A stretch of DNA of 64,000 nt, taken from positions 36,332,001-36,396,000 of the forward strand of contig NC_059432.1 of assembly GCF_021028975.2 (NCBI RefSeq). The letters run 5' to 3'. The stretch is from Sphaerodactylus townsendi. Its lineage: Eukaryota. A program made the position numbers and the translations under genes. The notes under the pieces are model-generated. The model saw only the letters and a program-made list of their open reading frames with translations. It ran no database searches and had not been told where the DNA came from. Shown here piece by piece: positions 25,801 to 38,400 of the stretch (its first letter is position 1; every line of letters starts with the position of its first letter).

Positions 25801-28800
25801 CATGTATATTCTTAAGTACATGAATTTTATTTAGTCCTTCAAGTAACATATGTGCTCCCGTACATAATTTGGCACAATATAGAACCAGTTTGACTTCCAG
25901 ATACTTTTTACATTCTGTTTTTATTTTTCTGTTGAAGCTCTGATTTCCTAAAATGCTCTATTGTATGAAACATGGCTATCAGGTGAAAAACATGCTGCGT
26001 GCAAATGAAAATTCTAAAATGAGAGAGTTTTCCCAACCCAGTTTTCCCAAAAGCCAGGAATTCTATTTTAAAAGCAGCAATTTATTTATTATAATGCAAA
26101 TATTTGTGTTGGACTAAAGTAAACTTCTTAAAATAAGTTGATGACCTGAAAATAATTGGGGCATGAATCCTTTAAAGCAATCCATCATCTTTTTTTAAGA
26201 CATACATTTGGGTGCAGACATTCTCCTAACTTCAAAAAGTATGTTTTTGAAAGAGGCTAGGAAACTTTCACCAGCTCTTTATTCTCAGCCACTATTTGTC
26301 CATTTTAACCCTATTTCGTATGCAGATCTCATAGCTGCATTTTGACACCTGACCTCACATCCAAGAGGTCTTATGTCTTCTTTGAATGATCTCATTTCAG
26401 ATGCAATGCATGCCCTATCATGTTTCTATGAGCCTTTAAAAGGTTCCTTCTGCCTTGATGTCCAAAAGACCAAGGTTAGTCTTCAACTTGGATTCTGCAT
26501 GCAGCTACACAACTTAGCAGCGAGTGTTGATCAAATCGAAAAGAGTACTTTTAATAATTCACTCCGTACTGAAGCAATAAGCCTGCAGGCAGTTCATAGT
26601 TTAAGTTTTCCACGTGCATGCTTTTTTCTAGCACTTGCGTCTACTTACCGACATAGCTGCATGGTCATTGTTGTTATTCTGAGAAGGAAACCAGTCAGGC
26701 AATCAAAACAAAACAAAAATTAAAAAGCACTGTCAATATCAAACAGCATTGGGGGAGCAATCAGAAAGGGAATGTGGTCTTAAGAAAACAAGCAATAAGC
26801 CTGCCAATTAGCTTTACTTCCAAAATCCTGAGTGGTGAAAGTTACACTTATATTAAGAACAAAATTCACTTTTTCCAGCTTACGGACATAAGGTTCTTGA
26901 GACAGAGTACCAAGATAAAATCATGCAACAAAACAGTCAAAATAAAAATAAATCCAATGTGCCTTAATGCAACAGAAAGCTTTGGTAAAGTGAAACAGAA
27001 CTTCTGTTTGAAGTTACAAACCAACCAGATACACATTTTAAAGGATTAACTGATATCAATTCTCCTGTAAGTCATAATAACAAAGCACAGTACTAGTGAA
27101 AGAGTCAGGAGAATAGCTTATTCTACATAAGCAGTATGTCTCCAAAGTCATTCTGAAAACACTTAGCAGAAGAATTATTAGAAAAGGTTTTGGATCAAGT
27201 GCAATTAACATAGGCCGGTGATCCGCAGCCCCGCAGAAATGTGACGGTTACGCAGCAGTCGCGATGGACAGCGTGACTGCCCTGATGTCCTGCCCGTCCC
27301 CATCTGTCAGTGCCTCCCCTCCCAGCTACTGTCAGGCCCAGTGCATGGGTCTGGGAAAGGTGCTTGGCCATGCAGGGAAAGCACCAGGGACGAGCGATAA
27401 TGTGTGTGTGTGGGGGAAAAGGTGACCCAGGCGTCTGGCAGTCGCCAAAAGAGTGGTTTTGCTGCTGAATAATGGCCGCCTTCGCTACCGTTTACGCTTC
27501 ACGACGGGCGAATAAAGACTGCGCTATACGTAACGCCTCGCTTATGGCTCTTTACCGTTGCCACGACGTCATATTTCGCCCGTGCGGAAACGGCCATAGT
27601 AATTCCAAATACTATGAATGGGACTCAACATACTGTGGGTAGTCTTCCACTCATGCATATAGATATAAGCTCCCGCTTTCTAGCTGAAAGGTCTCTCAAC
27701 CAACCAACCCCCCCCCACACACACACACACACACACACAGAGGAAGGTTCTTCCAGAGTGGTTCTCCATGCAGAATTGGGAGACGGGTATTCTGTTTTCA
27801 TGTATATGCAGAGACACTTTTATTTCACACACAGGGAATGGAAGGGGGGCAGGGAATTGGATCCTGGCCATTATCATTAGCCAGTTATTTAGTTCCTTTG
27901 TTGAAAATCCATGTGTGAATTTTTTGTATCTATTCAAGTTACAGCAAGTATTATCTACAAAAATATTAACACTAAATTGATTAGAGCAGTTCTTTTTTTA
28001 AAAAAGCTAGATGTTGCCTCTGTCATATGTTTACACTGAAGTTCTTATCAACTGATGAACCTAACAAACAATGCACAAAACAAACATTTCTGGGAAGAAA
28101 CACACGACAGGAAAACTGTTGGTACCACAGTAGTTAAGAGGAGTCTTATACCTTTATTAGAAAAGCTCATACAACACAGCTATGTAATTAAATGTGGGTG
28201 TTCTTTGTGGCTTAATATATATATACTTGTCTTCCACAGAACACTAAGGAACAGAAACGTTTTTGAAGTTACATCATATAAACTACACAGAAAGTGAACA
28301 TTTGTGGGTAAACACAGAAACCACATACTACAAATACTGCTTCTTCGACTGACTCTCTTTGACTTTTCATCTTACTCAAGTGACAAAATTGCTGCACATT
28401 TTAAAAGACACAGATGTAACATGTGAAAAGTGTGAAAAGTCCCCCTGCTGTCTTACAGCAAAATTCTGCTTTATGGTTAAACTGACTCTTTTCTGAAATA
28501 AGAATATGTGGTGGAAAGTGCTGTTATGCCACAGCTAACTTACAGCAACCCTACAGGGTTTTCAAGGCTAGAACCGTTCAAAGGTGGTTTGCCACTGCCT
28601 GCCTCTGTGTAACAATACTGGGCTTCCTTGGTGGTCTCCCATCCAACTATGGCCAACTTTGCTTAGCTTCCAAGATGTGACGAGAGTGAGCGATACCCAT
28701 TCCTCACTGAAAGATGACTATGCGGTCGTGATTCCTTCAGCGGAAGTTAAATGTGTACGCAACCCCGTGTCAGAGAAGTGCAGCTTCTCTTTTTAGATTA

Positions 28801-29156
28801 AAGCATCGTATTTAAGCACTGGCTTCGTCAAAAAGGTCCTTGGCATTGTTAAACATAGCACTTTGATAAAAGAGCATTTATATTGATCTGTTTTCATATA
28901 GTTGGGTCTGCCATTTTGTAGGCTCTGTGCTGCCATGGGTAACAAAACGGCAGGAGCAACTGTATAAAAATGAAAGTGTTGCTGGAACAATCTGGAACAA
29001 TCTAAATGCTCTTTTATCAAAGTGCTATGTTTAACAATGCCAAAGATAATGTTTTTGATGAAGCCAATGCTTCAATATGATTCTTTAATCTAAAAAAAGA
29101 ATCAGATGAGGCGGGGGGGGGGTGAAGGAAGGAGGGCACAATGACCCCACAAAACA

Positions 29157-29227
<71 letters not shown>

Positions 29228-32200
29228 GCATTTAATAGACCGCCCTATCCCCGAAGGGCTCAGGGTGGTGTACAGTAAAACCAATAGAAAACAATAAGAC
29301 ATAGTGTGCAAAGGCAAAAGTGCATTAAAATCCATTAAAACAGTAGCAACATCACACTTAATTAGCCGATTTTAAAAGAGGCGTCCGAATCACAAACACT
29401 GCATTGCAGCTAAAGGAAGATCCAGGAAGATTAATGGTGAATTAATGGTGGTTTAATCCTGGCATCTTTCCATGAGAAAGGGCGTAGACTGGGCCATCCA
29501 GGTCAAGGCACACTAATAATACAGCCAACCTCAAACAAAACTGACTAGGGAAGTGTCAAACCTACTACAGCAGTCAAAATTTGGTAAACATTTCCCCCCT
29601 ATAGTCAGAAGGCCTGGGAACTTGAGGTTCAATTCTTAACATGTTTGCTGGAAGTGAATATTTCATTATTCCCAGTGCAACATAATTTTAAATGTGTGAT
29701 TAGAATTTGGTGGCTTTAAAAGGAACATTGTGCTGAGAGTATGCTTGGCACAGAACAGTATGTGATGCTAGTACTTTTGCTTTCTGGCAGACTTTAATGT
29801 TAAGGCTAAATTTCAAGTTGTTACTCTTCCTATAATTTATACACAAAGATGGCTAACTACATCAAGAATAGATGAAAGCCTGTAGTGCATGCTGCCATAG
29901 CCAAATCTATCCTGAAAGCAGATGACAACAAATGATAAATTATCTATTGTACAACACAAGATGCTTTCAGGTTTCTAGCCAGTGCTTTTAAAGGCTATGT
30001 CCTCAGTCTTATTTTTATCCCCAGGATATTGAGCAGACTTTGGGTTCTCTGTCTGCCCACAGGGGCAATTCTGAGTCTTGGATCACATCAAAGGCTGAGC
30101 TTTGAACTGCATTAATATAGCAACTATTCTTCATAGAAAATGTATATACCATCCTAAGTGCTAGAAGAAAGTGTCAAGTACACTAGAATATTACAGCCAT
30201 AGTTAATCAGGAAATATAAATACACAGGGCCTGGTCTGACAGAGGGAAGAATTAACTGAATTTCTTCCCAGCAGCATGTCGAGTTTCTTCTCTACTTTTT
30301 GATGGGTGGGTTTTATGGTATTGTACCCCACTGGGGTTCCTGTCCTCCCCAGGCTCTGTCCCCAAACCTCCATGAGTTTTCCAGCCTGGATTTGGCTACC
30401 CTCCCCCCCACCCCCACCATTCCCTGTAAGTGGCTGAGGGCACCCAGCAATACAATAGTTACCAGATGGAGGGCTTTCCCCCCCCCCATCACTGTCACAA
30501 AGGAAGGAGGACATGAGAAGATAGCAGGTAGTTGAAAAAAAGAGAACAATTCCAAAGCGAGAGAAGCCATAAGTTAGAGATGGCCTACAACTAGTGGTGG
30601 GATTCAGCAGGTTCGCACCACTTTGGCAGAACCAGTTGTTAAAATGCCTCTTGGGAACAACCTCTTGTTAAATTATTTAAATCCCACCACCGGAACCAGT
30701 TGTTAAATTATTTGAATCCCACCACTGCGACCCACTTTCAGAGGTTTCACAAACCCTTTTGGGTCCAGAGCCACAGGCTGGGAAACATTGCTCTAATCTG
30801 TCCTGTAGTATTTTTTAAGTGTCACTGTAATTGCCTAAGGAGTGTTGGAAGAGTTCAGGCTAATTGTAAGCTGGGCATCTGCCAGTACTTGCAGAAATTG
30901 TTATGACCCAGGGATAGATGCTGGTTTCCCAAAGCAATTTTCTTCAGGTTTCTCTTTTTCCTTCAATCCCAGTCACTTCTGCGGATACAGGATATTTCCT
31001 AATTTGCACACACACACAAAGCTGCTTTTGATGGAAACCTCCTTAACTTACCCACCAAGCTCCAAACACTAAACTTCCAGCTGTTCCCATCAGCCCATGT
31101 TCTGCTCTTCTCAGAACAAAGACAACACACACAGAGACAGAGTTTTGCAAGCTTCTCCATGCTTTGAGCACATTCAGAGCTTGATCTGCATTTGATGGAT
31201 GGAAACCAGACTGGCGGGGCGGGGGGGGAATGGAAAACTCAGATTTTGCACCAGGCTACATTTTCCCTAGATACGCCTCTGATTGTAAATGGGATGCCAC
31301 CAGTTCAGACTGCTACTTGGGGGAATTATATCTTTAATGTTCTAATCTAGACCAGCGGTTCTCAACATGTGGGTCGGGACCCCTTTGGGGGTCGAATGAC
31401 CCTTTCACAGGGGTTGTCTAAGACTCTCTGCATCAGTGTTCTCCATCTGTTAAATGGATAAATGTTAGGGTTGGGGGTCACCACAACATGAGGAACTGTA
31501 TTAAAGGGTTGCGGAATTAGGAAGGTTGAGAACCACTGTTCTAGACAAAAGCCATAGTCTACACCAGGCTAACACTTTTTGGGAATCAGAACTGTGCAAA
31601 TAACAAACATTTATTTAGATCAGTCTAGCTCTCCAGGGATGCAACAGATCCCAAGATCTTTTCTCATGTTGTCCTCCGTACTAGCACTCTCTTCTGGCCT
31701 CAGAATAGTTTAACCCCAGCACTGCCATGCCTGCCTAGAGTAAAAGCACATGGACTGGGAGATTTCAGTGGGGAGGGGAAGTGGGAGGAATCCCTTTCTC
31801 CCCCTCCCACTTCTATTAGCAGAGCTACAGTGATAAAAACACCAGAAAGGACCATTTTGACCTCTGCCCCCTCCCCAAACTGCAGCTATATGGGTAGAAA
31901 GGACTGCTGGGCCAAGAGAAAAAGGGGGTCCGTGGCATGGCCAGTCTTTCTAATGATGAACTGCTGGATCCAGCCCATGGTCCCTGTGTGATTTACTGTG
32001 TGATTACAGCACTGCGAAACTTACTTACACCACTATGATGTTTCTAGAGCAGAAAGCACAGGCTACGTCCTTTTGTTATTGTGATGGATTTACTTCTGAA
32101 AAAAACCCTCTCTTAAAGCAAACATATTTTTTGCATTTTTTATATAAAACAGAACTTATAATTTTTATTTAGACTACAGATGGAAAGGGTTTATACCTTG

Positions 32201-35200
32201 ATGAATGATTCACAAGGAAAACAGTAAATACACAGATCTGTTCCCTGCAGCACGTGTAATATAGCCAAAATGCTCCTCTTAGCACTACTGAGGCTAGGTG
32301 TGCAACTGCCAAGACTACTGCCCATTTATTTTGTTCTGACAACTTCAACTAAAAGCAGAAAACTATTAGTTTTTTTACATGGACTTAATGAATTTCTTAA
32401 TTTATAGCACGATACTATAGCCCTTTTCTGCACCTCTTCCAATTACATGAGATCACTTTTTTAAGGTGGGACTATCAGAACATTATCCAGTTTTTCAAGT
32501 ACGGCCATACAACAGGTGTATACAAGAGCATTACACTACCAGTATTATCAATCAATTTTCTAAGAATACCCAACAGAATTTGCCTTTTACCACCGCAACC
32601 TACTCAGTCAACATTTTACCTGACCTGTGTATCATGACCATGTTAGTCAACATTTTGCAGTTCGTATGTAAGGGCAGTTCGTATGTAAGGGCAGGATTTC
32701 TTGGCAAAAATGTGAATCACTGTATACATACTGAGCCCAATTGGCCACTTTAAATGTGGTGTGAGAATACACTGGACTGCAAATAATGTATAGATACTGA
32801 GCCTAAAAACATTTGGCAGTCACCAGAAAAGGTGTTGGCAGGACCCCTACTTTAGGACAACTCCACAGCTGTTTTAGTGTGGGAAGTAAGGACACAGCTA
32901 GTGTCACACAAACCAAGAATACATTCCTTATTGTTCAGTGGGAAGGACTCTTTCTCAGCAAGGTCAGAGATAACATATAAAGCATGGGTTTCAAACTTAT
33001 GGCCCTCCAGCTATTCATGGACTATATTTCCCATCAGCCCCTGCCAACATGGCCAATTGGCAGAGCTGATGAGAATCGTAGTCCATGAGCATCTGCAGGG
33101 CCATAGGTTAGAGATCCCTGAAGTAAAGTCTTCAATGTGAGCAAGCCCTGTGACAAAGGATAACAAAGTTGGGAGTTCTAGTTCTAAGCTGGAGGATTTT
33201 TTCTGGGGCTAAGGTCCCCACAACTGCCCTGGCCATGGCTGCATATGTAGCAATTCTCATCTAGCAAGGTATTAGGTTGCATTAAACTCATAGTGAAGAC
33301 ATATCCCTGGTGAATTAAATTGGTTGATATATTAAGCCTAGCACAAACAAGAGACAAAGGAAATTTAAGATCTGTGTTTTGTGCCACAGCATATTATATA
33401 ATTAAATATTTGTAACAAACCTCCAAAGTATTCCTTGCTCAAATCCTTCATTGTAGTACTACTTCATTGTAGTACTACTCAGAATTAACTCAAGTATTCT
33501 ACGTAAGACAAGAAAACAGACTACACTGTCACAGAGAATGGACATAATATTTGCTTTGAAAGCACCTTGGGGGAAATAGAAAAAGCTGTTACGTTGCAGC
33601 TGATTTATGGTAACTGTATAGGAGTTTCAAGGCAAGAGACAGAGGTGGTTTGTCGCTACCTGCCTCTGTAAGCACCTATATCTTAAATGAAGTAAACTTT
33701 AAATTTTGAATAAAGATCCAGCCAGACAAACTACCAACTACAATGTAAGAGACCATCCCTATGAACCTGAATGTTAAGGAGATCTAATCTACCCTTCAAG
33801 GTTTTAATACATACACACATATATTTCATGTGGGCTACTGCCACTGTCTATGGCAGTGGGTCTCAACCTGGGGGTCGGGACGCCTTTGGGGGTTGAACGA
33901 CTCTTTCATAGGGGTCGCCTAAGACTCTCTGCATCAGTGGTCTCCATCTGTAAAATGGATAAATGTTAGGGTTGGGAGTCACCACAACATGAGGAACTGT
34001 ATTAAAGGGTTGCGGCATTAGGAAGGTTGAAAACCACTGGTCTATGATCTGGATCTTGCTTATTCTCATTAATCTAAAGCAGTGGTTCTCAACCTGGGGG
34101 TCAGGACCTCTTTGGGGTTGGGAGTCACCACAAACATGGACCCCTTTGGGGTTGGGAGTCACCACAACATGAAGAACTGTATTAAAGGGTTGCGGCATTA
34201 GGAAGGTTGAGAACCACTGATCTAAAGTACTGAGGAAGCTATATAAAAGCTTACTCACAGAAGCTGTATTCTTCAAGAGCCAGGTTGCTTTCAATAGGTT
34301 AAAAGTATCCTGGAAATATTACCCTATCAGGAAGCAATCAGCATAATCAAGAACCTCTTCACACGGTTGGAAGCTTCAGAACTCTCTGTGTCCAAACACA
34401 GAGGTAACAAGTCCATTTCTTAGTCATGGTCAAAAAACTGGTAAAAGGCCAAGTGCTGAAAGACCTGTCCCTTGGTTTAAAAAAATCCTGTCCCCCTTTC
34501 TTATCATTGTTAAGATAGTATTATATCTGCATTAATGCTAATCAGTATAAGTTTTAAAACCAGGATTTCAAACTCTAGTTTGTAAATCCTAGTACAAGTT
34601 AATCCTGGTGAGTTTCTGTCCAGGTACATTACACACAGTTAACAATGTCAAAGGAAGAGACAGATTACAAGGGGGAGAAGTGTGATCCTGCAAATTTGTA
34701 GCTCACTCCTGTTCCCTTAACTAAAGATAAACAGGGTGGTTATTGCTTTTATCTGCTACATCAAATCATCCTTGCTTTGCACATACCCAGACAAATGAAT
34801 CTACGATCACCTACAGTACATACTTACAGGCAAGTGAGTAAACACCTGAAAGGTGCTTCTCAAGAAGTTAATCAGATCCATTAAATAGCCACTGGCTCTC
34901 CCGTCTGGTTCAGTCATTGACCAGTCATAATCAGCAAGCTGAATGAACTCATCAATCTTCTGGTTGAGCTTGGTATAAATCTCCCCTTCCGCAGCATGTC
35001 TTGCATCCTGAATGGAGAAAAAAGAGACGGTAAGCGTAGTTCAAAATGTTACTGACACAGAGATAATTCCTACAAACGTTAGGAAAGACTCCATTTGACC
35101 CAAGACAAGAAGAAGGAAAAACCCATTAATGATATTATGTGATCCATATTGTAATACATTGCTTGAAATTAGTCACAATACTATGATAAACAAATTTTAA

Positions 35201-35450
35201 TTACTGAGATGCTTTATATGCCAGGCTTGGGTGGTAAAGGACACTTATGAGTTCCCGGGAAGAACCATGCTATTTATAAAAAATGCTACTTGGTCTTTTT
35301 CTGGATAATGTTAAAAAGCCAAATCATACCTCTATTTAAACGATAATTTTTCTGTATTGATTGACATTAATTTTTCAGGCTGTGTGTGGAATTATGTTTG
35401 TTTTACTGATTTTAGATACTGTCAATAACCCACTGTTTTTTGATGTATAC

Positions 35451-35498
<48 letters not shown>

Positions 35499-38400
35499 CG
35501 AGCGATCGATTGATTTACTAAACCACCCACCCCCGAAGGGCTCTGGAAGGGATTAGGAAGTTTCCTTACTAAATTCATGTGATCCAAAGGAAACAATGAC
35601 ATTAGACATTATCCAAATAAGACATCTTTAATAGTTTAAACATACAATGAAAACAAATAAGGCTACAGTCTATAAGCCTTGTCTTAAGGAAACAGGGAAC
35701 AGCATTATTCATGAGGCAATATAAATATGATAGCAAACAAAAATCCTCAGTTATTTTAAACATACTATTACTAACATAAGTTTCTTCCAGATGTTAATAA
35801 TAGCAGAGTGTTTTGAACTGCAGGATGGCAAGGTTTATTAAATGAATCCTGCTCTTCCTAAAAAGGCACACTGGGATTAATAAAAAAGGGATTTTCAATG
35901 AGAAGTGAAGCATGTGCATTGGTATAATCTTCCAACATAGAAATATGTTCAAGTAATAGAAGGGAGGGATCTGCAAAGTATGTGCCCTTATAACATAGCT
36001 GGGCTTGTTAGTTAATTCCCCAGGCACTTAGATACCACCAATGATAACCACAATAGGGCCCTCAGACAATTAGATAATACATATATAGTTCAATATAGGG
36101 GATCTCATTAAGGCTGTTACTGAAAACAAGAATGACAAAAGTTAAACCACTGCACAAAAATAATCACCTTTATGCTATACTCAGTATACAAACAGGCAAC
36201 AAATGGAATCTACAAAATGAAATAAGCAAAATATTTATTGAATGATAGAAGGAATAATAACTTCCGTTTGTAGCAACTGTTCTTGCGTATTTTATCAAAA
36301 CAAAATTTGGGATCTGGGCTCCAAAGTTCCACTGACAAAACAATTTTCTCAGACTGCAGAGCATAAGATCATGAATCAGATCAATATCTGTCCATCATTG
36401 TTTCATGACTTGCATTTGTTCTTACAAGCTCTAAAATCATAACTATGACAACAGAAGGCAGCTGGTAGGGAAAATAAGAAAGGGGTCAGAAAAAGGAAGA
36501 TGTTGGGTAGCAGAGATGGAGAGCTGGACCAAAAAAGGTTGTGTGTCTTGAACTCAAGGGCACAGGGAAGGCCAGAGCACACATACTCAGCTATTAAGAT
36601 ACTACTGCACTACTACTGTGCAACACAAATGATCCCAAATTCTGATCTGCAGATTATTAGTTCTGTCATGTCAGTTATAAATTACAGATGCACAAGTGGG
36701 GGACCCGCAAGGACTTGAAGGGGAGAGGACTCTAATTTTCTTCTGCATTTCCTCCTCCATTATTTCTCTCATCCTGTAGCCCTCATATCCTTTTCCAGAT
36801 TCCTTTTCTCTTTCCTACTAGCGAACATTCCTTTTATCTGCCACCATATTAAGCTGTATTTATTTTCTTCACTTACATCTCACCTTTCTTCACAATGGGC
36901 ACCCAAAACCAGAGGCATAGCTCCAAGGAGACCAGGGGGTGCACAACGCACCAGGCGTGTGCCCCTGTGGGGGTGTGGCGAGGGCCTCCTGGGAGCGGAA
37001 TGGGGCGTTCCAGGGTGGGGGATGCACCAGTGCACTGGGAGCTTTTCCTCCTTGCTACTCCTCTGCCCAAAACAGCTGACATCATTCACCTCTCCTGCAT
37101 TTTGATTGGCCTCCCTCCCTTCCTCCCCTCCCTTTTTTCTTTCTTCTTTTACCAAATCAGAAAGGCAGGGCACCACCTCTATATTGTCTATTAAATCATC
37201 TGCTAATATTACTATTTTATATGACATTTTATACAAGTTCACTGTATAACTATATTGTGAGCTGCTCCAATGAGAAGCAACTGGAAAAACTTACACGATA
37301 CGAGGATTTAAGGATTGAACTACAAAGACTCTGGCACAAACCAGTAAAGGTGGTCCCAGTGGTGATCGGCACACTGGGTGCAGTGCCTACAGACCTTGGA
37401 CGGCACTTAAAAACAATCGGCGCTGACAAAATCACCATATGTCAGCTGCAAAAGGCCACCCTACTCGGCTCTGCATGCATTATTCGTCGATACATCACAC
37501 AGTCCTAGATGCTTGGGAAGTGTCCGACATGTGATGTAATATAAAATCCAGCATATTGATCTTGTTTGCTGTGTATAACTGTTTTTGTATCAATATAATA
37601 ACAATAATTTTATCCATACAGCAAGCCTCTGAGGTAAATGACCCAGAAAGCTTCATTAGTAGATTAGCAATTCAAACCTGTGTCTCACACACCTAGTTTA
37701 GAACTCTAGTTACAATACCATCGTTGTTTTCATACAGTGGCTTCTGTAGCAAACAGCTGTGCCTTCCAGTGATTGTTTGCCATGCCTGGTCCCAATTAGT
37801 CCTCTCTCACAGGAAAAGCAGGCCTGGAAAGGGACCTGCCCCTTCTCCCCTGCCTTTTACAGAAACCAGCCAACAATTGAAGGCTGGCCATACTGTTGTG
37901 ACTGCCTAGTAGTTTCGACTGCAGAGGACATTAATTTCTTAAAGGTGTAGATGCTACTTCTATTGTTGTGGGAAGTTTTAACCCCCAAATGCAATTTTTA
38001 GGGGTTTTTTTAAATTCCAGGATTTTTTGCAAACCTGGAGCTTTTGTCAGGTTTGTAGAGAGATCTGTGCATGGCTTCACAGATGGAGCCATGTTGAGAT
38101 TCAGATATATTTATATAGCAATGAAAGCTGTTTAGAAACACTGATGGTAATTTTTATTTGACTACAAATACTGTATTTGCCCTTCGGTACAATTCAACCA
38201 AATGGACATCTAAACCATTTTACAACAATTACAATATGAGAATTTCTTGAACAAAAAACAGCCACATATATGCTATTTGGGCTTCTTCACTGGCTTTACA
38301 GTAAATCTCATGAAACACAGAGGTCTTTAATTCTACGTAATTCTACGTAAACATACAGTTTAAAACATACAGTTTTAAAACTCATTGCAGAATTTGAGTG

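Noticed and set aside
29102-29335. Poly-Asn ORF
   Set aside because: Translation of the (TAA)n microsatellite
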